Below are positions 12,146-23,800 of a stretch of DNA of 49,087 nt, piece by piece. Every line of letters begins with the position of its first letter. Position 1 is the first letter of the stretch. Source of the DNA: Priapulus caudatus (Eukaryota). Location: NCBI RefSeq assembly GCF_000485595.1, contig NW_014577064.1:517022-566108 (forward strand), in the 5' to 3' direction. The notes under the pieces were generated by a model that made no database searches, had not been told where the DNA came from, and saw only the letters and a program-made list of their open reading frames with translations. Both the position numbers and the translations under genes were made by a program.

Positions 12146-12951
12146 GCCTGCGTATATTCACTGACTTCTGGCCGGATGAGTAGGCCTACGATGTCTATAC
12201 GGGCTACGTGTACGCTATAGATACAACCGATCACGCACGCAACCAGATGATACGCATCTATATTTTATCACACCAGTCTCGATCGAATCATAAGCAATCC
12301 GAGAATCATCCGAGAATCATTAAATCCGAGATCATAAATGATAGCTAAAGTGTCTCCAGTACAGCCAGCATAGCATGTAGAGGCCGGCCTACTGCCCAAT
12401 TAAGCAAATTTCTAGTACCTATACTAATGAAAGGCTATAGTAATATCTATTTGCAATTAATAATTGCTGCTTAATTACGCTTCACTAGCCAAACTTCACA
12501 AGTATTTCACGTTGCCACTTTTCCCTCCCAGCGTAATAATTATCGGTGTTTGTTATATAAAGGGGGGAACGGGGGGGGGGGAGTACATTCCCACTTTCCC
12601 AGCAAAAAACACCCCATATTCCAGTTCCCAGTGAAATAAAATCCCAATTCCCAGTTCCCAGGTAATTAAAATGGCCAATCCCGCGTCCCGAAAATACCCG
12701 TCCCCCCCTCTATATAGGCCTACATAGTGCGTGCCCACCACTATCAACAGCTGTACCCGATACCATCCACCAATTAACTGTGACATCACCGGTTCCAGTA
12801 GTCGCTNNNNNNNNNNNNNNNNNNNNNNNNNNNNNNNNNNNNNNNNNNNNNNNNNNNNNNNNNNNNNNNNNNNNNNNNNNNNNNNNNNNNNNNNNNNNNN
12901 NNNNNNNNNNNNNNNNNNNNNNNNNNNNNNNNNNNNNNNNNNNNNNNNNNN

Positions 12952-13056
12952 AATGTTATATGTGATAAATCGAATGTTATATGTGATAAATCGAATGTTA
13001 TATGTGATAAATCGAATGTTATATGTGATAAATCGAATGTTATATGCGATAAAATC
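12952..13056. repeat. 21-bp tandem repeat next to gap
   Basis: Unit AATGTTATATGTGATAAATCG, about 5 copies. Confidence 0.9.
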
Positions 13057-13221
13057 AACCATAAAACAAAAATCGAATTATGACACAAACAACATGCCAT
13101 AACATAGTGCGTGCCCACCACTATCAACAGCTGTACCCGATACCATCCACCAATTAACTGTGACATCACCGGTTCCAGTAGTCGCTAGCGAGAACTTCTT
13201 CACATGCGAATTGGGGAACAT

Positions 13222-13259
13222 CATAGACTAAGAATATAGACTAGATATTCTTGTCTATG
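13222..13259. mobile_element. P-like mini-hairpin / footprint
   Basis: CATAGACTAAGAATAT...ATATTCTTGTCTATG; 7-bp TSD GGAACAT. Confidence 0.7.
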
Positions 13260-15519
13260 GGAACATGTACACTGAGCAACCATTCACAGCTCGACTGACG
13301 TGACGTCGATGCGCGCGTCGTTCAGGCAATGAGCGTATATTATGTACGATTTGATATAGGGTTAACAAAAGCCATTATATTAACTACAGACTGTTTACAA
13401 ATAACGCGCTCATGTCTTCTGCTACAGTACAGAAGATAATGTGGATTACTACAACGCACATGATCATCCAAACAGATCATTGCAACAACCGTCTGCAATG
13501 CTCAATGGTCGCGCTAAATTGGGCTCATTTTGCAGACAATATGAGAGGCTGCGAAATAATCGTCATCCCTGTTTATATCGAAGTTATTATATATATCAAA
13601 TTTAAATACTATTCATAAGTCATAGATTTAAGTCGTGTTTACCATCTCCGGGTCGGTTTTACGTGTTGACAACTCGGAAAGGGGGAATAGCATGCTTAAA
13701 ATATGAATCAAGTGTTTCCTACAGGTAATCACAGAGCACCCCATTACGGGTCACCCTTTGTACGTGAATGCCATTTGGAGTCAGTGCGTATTGGGGCCGT
13801 AGGCCAGTTTTACAGACACATAATACCATAGATATACACAACACAATACGAAATCGAACGTGGAAGAACACATTAGTGTCTAACTACAAAGGCCCTCTCT
13901 CTACTCGCGGGTATATTTTTTGGTGTCTGAAAGGGCAGTTCACGCCAACAACTCATTGGTTCGCGGCAGGCAGTCTACATTTGAATCTGCTATTGCTCCA
14001 ATAGAGGAAATTTGGGTTCAATTACAAATTCTAATTGCCTGATAACCAGCTGATAATTATAAGTGTGTGCTGCGCTGAAATTGCGTTTTAATGGGCGGTT
14101 AATACTACAACATCGTGCGTTGCCTCAAGTACAGGTTGCTGATGTGAAGGTTGAATATTACATGATCGATGCATTTCAGAATGAAGGATATAGCTATCTG
14201 TTGTGGAAAAAGTAGCTTATTAATGGTGGTCCCTTTTGTGAATGCAGATGTTGTAATTGTAAAGATGCCGACATTTGGCACTAAGCACTTCTTCACAATC
14301 AGTCTGTACATATATATGCGCTGTCTTCACTTTGAAAGAGCGCGAGAGAGAGATAGAGAGAAAGATAAAGATATAGAGTGAGATATTATAAATTTGCAAC
14401 CATATTATGGACATTTTACATAATATATGGTACATATCACATGGAATCTTTCAGGACAATGCAAAATATATTGACATGTTATATCACAGAACGTAAAATA
14501 AGAAAGGGAGATCGTTATCAAATTAATAAGGCCAGTGTGTACATGCTTCATGTAAATCAATGTGAATTGGAAGAAGAGTGCATAGCAAACAAGCATGAAA
14601 TTAAAATAAATTAACAAATTATTTTATTTCAGACTTAACAAATATTTACCGAAATGTGTTTCCAATACAGAATATTTACAAAGTTTATACAGCTAAGTGA
14701 TTATAAATAAATAAAATAGCAATATCTCATGCCTGGCCTATACACTTGTCAGTGATAGATATGACAATGATAAATGACTGTAATATAGATCCCACTAGGT
14801 AGAGCTATACATGATGTGACTGATGCATTAAATAAACCACAGAGAAATCCTCTATTTTCCGCACTCGCATCACATAGTTTAATATGCGTTCATGCCCATA
14901 AGATTCGGATCAACCCGAAATTGACAGCATTAGTTTACCAATAAGAAAATAGAACTAATTTTCTACCTTACGCCCTAACAGTGTATTCATTTCATAGAAT
15001 CATTGCACAATAAAAATGAATTTAAACCTGATGTTACCACACCAAACCTGATGAACCCACACCAAAACACCTGTAGATCTCGCCAAGACAAAGACCAAGA
15101 GATTGCTCTATTTTCATCTGGTGATTTCAAATTTGGCAATTCAAACATTCCATCCTAATCTTATTGACTTTGCACGTTTTCTGCTATTTATAGGGTATAT
15201 AATATACACTATAGTCTCAAAGTATGTGTAGTGGTGATAAGGTGGTTATTTTATGACAGAAAATAGTAAATTACACAATGTTTGGGTAAGAAAACATTAT
15301 TTACAATTTTCACTGGTATTTTCCCTGGAATATCAATCTTTTATATTATTATCTCGTTCTGGGATGGCTAGTAGTTCCAGATACGGCAACCAATGTTATA
15401 CAGACAAGGTTAGATAGGCGTCCGGATCGACCGACCGACCGATGAGTGGTTACTGAGGATCAGCTTTGCTGTGCTCTTTGTCTCACTGAAAATGAGCTAT
15501 TTCCTCACTCACGAAGAAA

Positions 15520-15839
15520 TCAGTTGTCACATTCCTCATCGGGGGAGCACTACATCAGTAAAATAAAATATAAAAGGATAGTTAAACACGACTTTGATGT
15601 TTTTTTTGGAGCTAGGGCTATGTCTAATATTTAAGGTGCCAATTACAACAAAAACTAGTGAGTCCAGTAAATGGATACTAGAGTTATATAATAAAGTATT
15701 TACAAAACCTAATCTGTATACTACCAGGCTATGCTTAAGAGATCACCTACCTAGATTTTCTATAATCTCTCTCTCCCCCGCCCCCTATCTCTCTCTCTCT
15801 CTCGCTCTCTCTCTCTCCTCTGCTCTCCTCTCTCTCTCT

Positions 15840-15870
<31 letters not shown>

Positions 15871-18800
15871 CTCTCTCACTCTCCTCTCTCTCTCTGCTAA
15901 ATCATATATTAATTTATTATATATATATACTATAACTTATATATATAATATACTATATATATAGCATGTCTGCCAGTTCCTTTTCCATCAACTATGTGGG
16001 TACTCACATAATATTCAACAAAACAGACTTGTCCATCATCCACCTGAATCAGATACTGCAGGGAGAGGAAGCCACGATCGTCAGTGCGCACGGATACCTT
16101 GCTTGACTGGGCCAGCGCTCTCACAGATGGCTTCAGCAGCGCAATCTTGTAGCGGTTAGATGTCGTGCGTTTACATTCGAAAGCTTCTACCATGTCTGAC
16201 TCCTTAGAGTAATCAGCCTAAACAAGGAGGTTTATTGGTTCAGTGCATGCCGAACAATCAAACAAGGAAGCAAACCAGGACAAGAAGGGGAAGTTTCGAA
16301 GACTAGAATACAGAGTATGATGACGTCAGCAGTTACGCAAATAGCTATTGGTCAGCACATGCCATTAAGCTAGCTATGCTTACATAGGTTCATGATATTG
16401 ATTATGTGCCAAAGTTACACCCGAAACGCCCATGTAGAAAACTTCGAAGGATGACAAACCTCTTCCAGAAGCTGCCTGCTATAGAACCATCTTTTGTGTA
16501 CAACTGAGGGAGCCACTATGTCCAGAAATTATTACGACATTATTACCATATTGAATAGATTGCCTATGGAAATACGATGGTAGGGCAGAGTGGAGATTGC
16601 TTCCAAGTTGCTTTCAACACATTCTGACTGTAGTGGAGCTTGTCTTTAGGTTAATGGCATACAACTGCTACCATGTAACATTCATGCTTATACTGCCTGC
16701 TTTGTCATATCACACGTGTGTGCTGCCTGCCCTGTCACCTCACACTTACGTGTGTGCTGCCTGCCCTGTCACCTCACACTTACGTGTGTACTGCCTGCCC
16801 TGTCACCTCACACTTACGTGTGTGCTGCCTGCCCTGTCACCTCACACTTACGTGTGTACTGCCTGCATTGCCAAACGTCGATAGCCTGAAATATGGTTTG
16901 TCTGGGGACATCAAGATCTCCAGCACATCACTTGACATGTCAAGCTCTGCAAATGCTTCCTTCAGACATTCTGACTGAAATTAGAAAAATATTCCCGTGA
17001 TCTTCGTAGAGTCGTAAATGAAAATAAGTAACAACACCAAGGCCAACTTTAGTAAAATCGAAAAGAGAACTAGCACATTTGCTACATAAAAGTGAAGTCG
17101 TTTAATCATTCAATCAGCTTTAGTCATTGCCAGCTGATCAGGTCTCAGTGATTACACAACAAGACACTAATGGCTAGTTAACAGCTTATTTCTTATATTA
17201 CCTTATCATATATTATATATAATTAAATAAACAGTCAAACCGATATATAATGGTCACTAAAGGGAAAGTAAATTTATAGCCAGCTTTCTTTTCTATACAC
17301 ATTGTCAGTGATATTGGACTTGCCATACAATGTAATACAATGTATAGCATATAAAATTGTGTCATTTGTATCAGCACTAAAATGTTATGACCAGGGAGTC
17401 TATAATAGGCTCCCTGGTTATGACTCTCTGTCATTCCACTGCTATAGCACTAAAAATAAATATATTTTCATATCAATATATATCATATATCAACATCATA
17501 TCTTCTCCATTATAGTGCTCTCTTTGTGCTGATAATGCATACAGAATACCGATATAATGTAAGTCGATAGAAAACATGTCAAGGACTTTCAGACTACAGA
17601 CATTCTTCTGGAACTCTTTATTTCTGTAACAATGAGTATTCCTGTAGCTAGTACAGTAGGTTAAAACAACTATCTTGATACACTAAATAAACAGAGAGCC
17701 CTAATATTTGTTGGCAGGTTTTTCAGAACTGCAATGTGTTCACTGATTCCTGCTGGTAGTTTTTACCTTCATGATGATTTTGTTTACAACGTTTTCACTG
17801 CAGAAGTCAAAATCTAGACTCTCATCAGCGTCCTGGGTCTTGATGCTGCAATCTGTCGTTACCCCCATTTCCTCCAGCCTAAAACATTGGGAAACACTAG
17901 AGTTGACAGCAGACAGTTAAACAGCCCTGCGAGTTTACATTGAAAAACGATACAACATATATTTGCTGGTTCACAAATGTCCAAAATAAAGATTGCAAAA
18001 AAACAAAATCTAATTATAGGCTACAGATGTGCTGCTTCACAGAGTGTTCTTCACAGAATTAAGTTTTACAAGATCATATAAGCTCAGAACTTGCAATGTC
18101 AGAGACAGACAGATAGACAGATGAACAGACAGATAGACATATGGCCAGACAGACAGACAGACAGATGGACAGACAGACAGCTGAAGATTTGAAGAAACAT
18201 TATAAGCACATGACTTCCATCAGTTACTAAACCATACAAGGAAACATAGCCGCTTACAAACTATGATGAGGAACTCAACTACACACATATGAATGAATGA
18301 ATATACATCCTTTATCATGTCTCGGCAAACTTGTGATGGCCCAACTTACATAAGCCGTAACGGTGATCCATACCCGTCATATGACAGCTTCAATGTCGTC
18401 ATTACTCCGGGAGTGGCACTTGTGCCAAAAATTGTCAGACAATCCTGTATGAATAACACATTCATAGGAATTGCAGTATGTGAAATCAGACAGATGCGCA
18501 GATAAGTAATGCAAGAAAGTGTGAACAAATTAAGTTATATATATGTATAGTGTTATGAAGCATTCAGCTTGATGTACAGAGAGTCAGAGACCAAGGATGA
18601 CATATTAAAAATGCATGTAGAGGAACAGAATTCTTTACTTCCTTTTATATTTGTACTACTATACAGATACAGTTGCTAAATTTCACGTAATAAAGTCATA
18701 CTCACAATAAGCACAGTCAGGTTGACCTTAAAGCTTGATGTCTCTTCCAGCATCTTAAATTCACTGAACAGGCTGCCTTGCAGAAATGCATTAGCCTGAA

Positions 18801-20722
18801 CACATTTTGCATCTTCGACAGTAAACTTTAGTCCATTCTCACTTGCGTAGACACTAGCTGACTGAAACAAATAACCAAGAAAAGGTGAACATTAATAGAC
18901 TACTTATTGTTACCAGGAGTAGATAATAGGAATTCCCTATTATCTACTCCTGTTGTTACTTAAGCTTTTCTCATGTGGGTATATTCTAGTTTGGCTTTTA
19001 TACCTAGCATTAACACCAATTGGTTTATTTACCATATTTACAGTTATTGAGAATTTAAAGATTTGTTTGACCTAGTCTTATAGCTAAACATTCTATAACT
19101 ACCTACACCACTAGGATTACTTTATGTCTACAGTCATAGACTTGCATGTGTAATATTTGAATAATTTGTGAAATTATTGTAGAAATTTGGGTTGCACTAG
19201 GTAGTGTATATGTGAGGGGGGCTATTACAACATTGGTTTTATAGTGATAGCGACGTGCTCAGTTAATTGCGTAGTAATATAGCATGTCACACCCATTTTT
19301 TCTGCAGCTTGAGTGTGGTGTGCGAGTATTTTATCAGAAAGTCGATTTCTGGTCATGGTGGAAAGTGCACACCTTCAGGCGTGCGAGTCTTTGCAGACAT
19401 CATACATCATACATGACGCTTTTATGTGCAACTAGGACCCCAGTCATTTTCGTACCTATATTGAAATTTCAACATTACATTATATTAGATTAATTCAACC
19501 TCTTACGATGTATATCATGGTCATGTGAAATTGGCATCATCTTTGTTTGAACAAAACATTAATGTATTCATTCATCAGGTGCTAATCACTGTTTTCGCAA
19601 TGTGTTGTCTTTTATTAGTTTTAAGGATACAAGGAAGAACCTTTGCTACTGCTATCCATTGTTGGTGTAAATTTTACCAACATTATGCGAGCTATCCTCA
19701 TTCGTTACTGTGCTTTATTTAGACTATAAGAAATATTGTCTTAAAAATTGTACATGTGAATGAGAAAAATTGTCATAGTAACCAATTAATCCATGGAGTA
19801 TAACCTTTTGCTTTCAATCTTTTGCATCTGAACTGACAATCAATCCCAACCAACTGGTGTAGGCTAGCTGGCACAATAATGTTCATTTTCATACGGTACT
19901 TAATCCGAGTGTTTTCTAGCTCATCAAAACTCTTAAATCGTGAATTAATTTCCAACCAGCATTTTTTGTGGGAAAGCGACGCATTGCGGCAATGGACTAC
20001 CGTACATTGCAGGCGCTCGTAAATTGGAGATATGGCTGCCGTACCTCCAGAGGCGTGTTCAACAGCGCGAACGCTCGCAGCACGAACGGCAGCGCGCACT
20101 GTGAACAACACCGAGCGCTCGGCTTTATCCAAGATGGGCGGTTCATCAGCAGATTTTAATCGTGTCTTCGAACAGTACTATTAAAAACGAATTAGCAGAC
20201 AAAATTGATATTTAACGCTGTTGAACACGCCTCAGCCCTTGCCTTAACTTAAGCCTAGGACACATTGTTGCAATCTTTTAAGCGCTGCCGCTTGCGCTCC
20301 GCCGATCGAGTTAAATACGGTGCCGGGTCGAAAACCGGGCGGAAATATTATCATGTTGAAGTACGATTACGAGCGATGCGCGGGTCGTTGGGTCCGCGAG
20401 CGAAAAGGCTGCGTGAAGAGCCGGACACACGGCGCGGACCCGGCACCGTATTTATCGATCGCAAGCGGCCAGCGTAGAAAATCGCGCAGTGTCAGTGACA
20501 GTGTGTCCTAGCCTAGGCTTTAGCCGGCTTGCCGCTTAGGCCTTAGGCTTAGGCTTAGTCAAGTTAGTGTTTTCCTGTTTGAATGTAACAATACTAACAT
20601 GAACCCTTTACCTCTTTGAAGTGGATTGCTTTGAGAATGTTTGCCATGGTTCTGGCATTGTCCAGTTTCCCTAGAAGTACATGACTCCGGCCATCATCAC
20701 TCTGTTGGGTTGAAAGAACCAT
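15520..20722 (-). CDS. RAD1: Cell cycle checkpoint protein RAD1 (9-1-1 clamp subunit), 7 exons, 278 aa
   Basis: Exons (minus): 20722-20612 (MVLSTQQ...ILKAIHFKE), 18861-18706 (VEDAKCVQANAFLQ), 18444-18350, 17878-17767 (LDFDFCSENVVNKIIMK), 16974-16852 (SPDKPYFRLSTFGNAG), 16217-16008 (RYKIALLKPS...GFLSLQY...CFVEYY), 15549-15520 (CSPDEECDN*). Total 837 nt, phases consistent, all GT-AG. Confidence 0.96.
15766..15895. repeat. (CT)n microsatellite
   Basis: Direct reading. Confidence 0.85.
16692..16866. repeat. 34-bp minisatellite spanning the RAD1 exon 5 donor
   Basis: Unit GCCTGCCCTGTCACCTCACACTTACGTGTGTGCT; CTTACG at 16745, 16779, 16813 and 16847. Confidence 0.9.
17392..17416. mobile_element. 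P-like mini-hairpin / footprint
   Basis: CAGGGAGTCTAT-A-ATAGGCTCCCTG (25 bp); 8-bp TSD GTTATGAC. Confidence 0.75.
18914..18952. mobile_element. P-like mini-hairpin / footprint (GTAGATAAT family)
   Basis: 17-bp perfect arms CAGGAGTAGATAATAGG; 7-bp TSD TTGTTAC. Confidence 0.8.
20051..20232. mobile_element. PIF/Harbinger-like MITE in RAD1 intron 1
   Basis: TIR AGGCGTGTTCAACAGCG / CGCTGTTGAACACGCCT; 3-bp TSD CAG. Confidence 0.7.
20255..20511. mobile_element. GC-rich MITE in RAD1 intron 1
   Basis: Inverted ends CTAGGACACATTGT / ACAGTGTGTCCTAG around a CpG-rich interior. Superfamily unclear. Confidence 0.55.
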
Positions 20723-20894
20723 GTTTTTCCTATTTTAGTGTATAAAACAAGGATTTGATTATTTGCTTTACCGCCTTTTACGACAGCGCTGCTGTCGCGC
20801 ACGGCGAACAAATGGACAGTTCACTTGTTCGTGCAAAATGGCGGAAATGGAAAGAATTTTTCTGGTTTTGTGAATATTCAATTGGATTTTGGCT
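20723..20894. promoter_or_regulatory. Bidirectional promoter region shared by RAD1 and SBF
   Basis: Divergent ATGs at 20722 (-) and 20895 (+). CpG-containing spacer with YY1-like CAAAATGGCGG at 20834-20844. Confidence 0.7.
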
Positions 20895-23800
20895 ATGTCT
20901 CGCCTAGCCGACTACTTCGTCATAGTAGGATACGACCATGAAAAAGAACGTAAGTGATAAATTTATACACCAGTAACGTTTATTGAGTCTTATGTGAATT
21001 TAATCAACCCCTAAACGCAACTTCAACTTGGCCAAAAACCCTACCCCAGTAACTCACTAGCCTAATGTTTGAGGTGTTTTGAGCTGCACCCGAGGCTCAA
21101 GTCTGCCATAGTTTATACTATAGACAGTAACTACTCCACTCACTCCTATAGTATGCTATAGATCACACTCGCTGCTAGTCTGCCATGACATTGTCAGTGT
21201 CAGTAACACTAACAGTAACAGTAACAGTAACAGTAACAATAGTCACTAACACTAACAGTAACACTAACAGTAACACTAGCAGATACAATAATTATGTGTT
21301 TGTAATCCAACAGTGACAACACAACAGAGGATAGTCTGTAGGGTGTAGTCCCATCACTGAACAGAGAGTCCGAATAGAGTGTAGTCCCAACAGAGTAGAT
21401 GAGAGTACTCTACTCTGTTGGGTTACATAATTGTTTCTATCAGTGATACTGATAGTGCTATAGTATAACTATAACTTGTATAAGTAGATATATGCTAGTA
21501 GTAGTAGTAGTACCGCTAACCTCTACACTTTCAGGGAAGAAAACTTAATAAACATTTTTAAAATCTATTCATATGCCATATTATTGCTAGGTTAAGAAAA
21601 ATAAAACTAACTAATACATACATGTATAAACTATATACATGATGTATACTAATAAACATGAACTATGATGATATACTAAATTTAGTTAATTTTAATGCTT
21701 TTTCTTCACATGGGGTGTACAACTTGTTATGGAAGTGGGATCCTTAAATGAGCCGTTCAGCCCCTGCAAGATTTTCATTGTACAGTCTTGGTTTATGTTT
21801 TTGATTGGGCATTTAACTCTTTCAGATCAAAAACAGTACAACTGCAAACCACACATAAATTTCATGTTATTAGCTGTGCATGCAATACATCCATGGACAT
21901 TTAAACATGCAACCCGGCCATCCTAGTTATTTCTCTGTGAAATGAGATGTCATAAGTGCATTGAGTGCAATGAAGAGCAGTAAACCAACACTGTCTAACG
22001 TCAGCATGTTATGCCAGTGTACTAGTTGCCAACAACATGTATACATGTGCATGATGAATGCCTCGCAGGCATCCCCGGTGGTGTACGATAAAAATAGATA
22101 CGTTTTAAATGTGATGTACAGTGCAGGCAGAAAGCTTACGGACGAATGGCAAGGTCCAAGGTATAATTTATACTTTAGAAACAATGTGTGCAGCACGTCA
22201 TGAAATTTAGTACAGACTTACGTTTTTCGAGACTATAACTTCCAAACTAGGTTTATTCTAAACATGAACCTTTCTCCGCTATCCTGGGACTTACTATGTA
22301 TCACAATACTCTGTATTAAACTAATATAACCTGTTACAAAATGTCGAAGCGACGAGCGGCGATGTTTTGAGCGCCATTTCTGTTGACCTGTGACGTACGC
22401 ATTCCCAATGCGCATAGCGTTCGACTAACCTCGGCAGCTGTGTTGCCTGACATGCTGGCTCTGGTGACGTCATGACTGACAGCAGGCATCCCATGATGCA
22501 TTCGATCTTGGAGCCGAAGTTAGCCGAACGCTATGCGCATTGGGAATGCGTACGTCACAGGTCAACAGAAATGGCGCTTGAAATATCGCTGCTCGTCGCT
22601 TCGAAATTTTGTAACAGGTTATATTAGGTTAATACATAGTATTGTGATACATAGTAAGTCCCAGAATAGTGGAGAAAGGTTCGTGTTTAGAATAAACCCA
22701 GTTTGGAAGTTCTAGTCTCGAAAAACGCACCACAAAACCGCCCTGAGTCAATCACTCAGGGGCTTCGCCAAAGAAAAGAATAGGCTCGCGTTGTAACCCT
22801 ACTCTAGTTGGGTTACATTATTGTATCTAGTAAAGTTCATGTGCTCGTGATCATGTGTAATCCTGCGTAATAGGCAAGGCCACAATTTAAAAAATATTTG
22901 TTTGCCCTTACCCGACCTTGGCTGAAAAGTTTGGGTACGGCTGTAGGCTTTTTTTGAGAGTTTTTTTTTTTACAAATTTAGCATGGTGTCTACATGCTCG
23001 GGTGTGCTTGTGTGGATATACCTTTTATGTTGAATGTTTGTTTTGCTTGGTACATATAATGTATTGCCTATGTAACGTACACATGATAAAATATGTAAAA
23101 AAAAAAAATGGGAAAGATCAATAAAATCTTTTGAGTCGGCCCACTTTTGGCAGGTTGGTCGGGTGAGGGTAAACAAACAATATTTTTATTATGGCCCGAT
23201 ACTGTAAACCCAACTTCACATGAAACTAGAGTTCTTGATGGCACTACAGATGTGCAGTACAGGGGGTAGGACATGAAAGAAGCGAAGATGACTGGGTGTG
23301 ACTTAGTATGAACTGCAATTTAGGGATTTTTGGTATATGTACAGTAAAAATGTTTAAAAATTCTGTGAGATTATCACTGATTGCTGCATAGTGAATTTGT
23401 GGGCTTCGTCTCATTTCTGTGTATGTTTGCGTAGCGTGTCCAATGTAGTAGTATCCGTAGTATCTGATGAAAACATGCAGTATAAAGTATTTTGCAGCCA
23501 TGTCTCTCAGTCTGCAGCTGACCACATGGAATTTAACACAACTTCCAGTATCTATAAGAGTAAATCAAACAATTTGTTTTTATTTATTTCTGATACATTA
23601 CATTTATAAATGTAATTTTATTGTGTGCATAGCGTAATGCCTTGTAAAGGTGCTTTTATAGATTTTCACATCAGGGTAGATCTATAAAATACAATTTATT
23701 TACCCGGTAACAAGATGTATAGATAACCGTTGCTAAAAAATTACTTGATCTGTGTACAATTATCTTAGTGGGTTTTTGATTGAGGTCTTCTAGTCTAGTA

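Noticed and set aside
12722..13186. Identical 85-bp segments at 12722-12806 and 13102-13186
   Set aside because: They flank an N gap and are identical, so a scaffolding overlap artefact is more likely than an LTR or real duplication.
22233..22715. Mirror-image 60-aa ORFs on opposite strands
   Set aside because: Consequence of the inverted repeat, not a gene pair.
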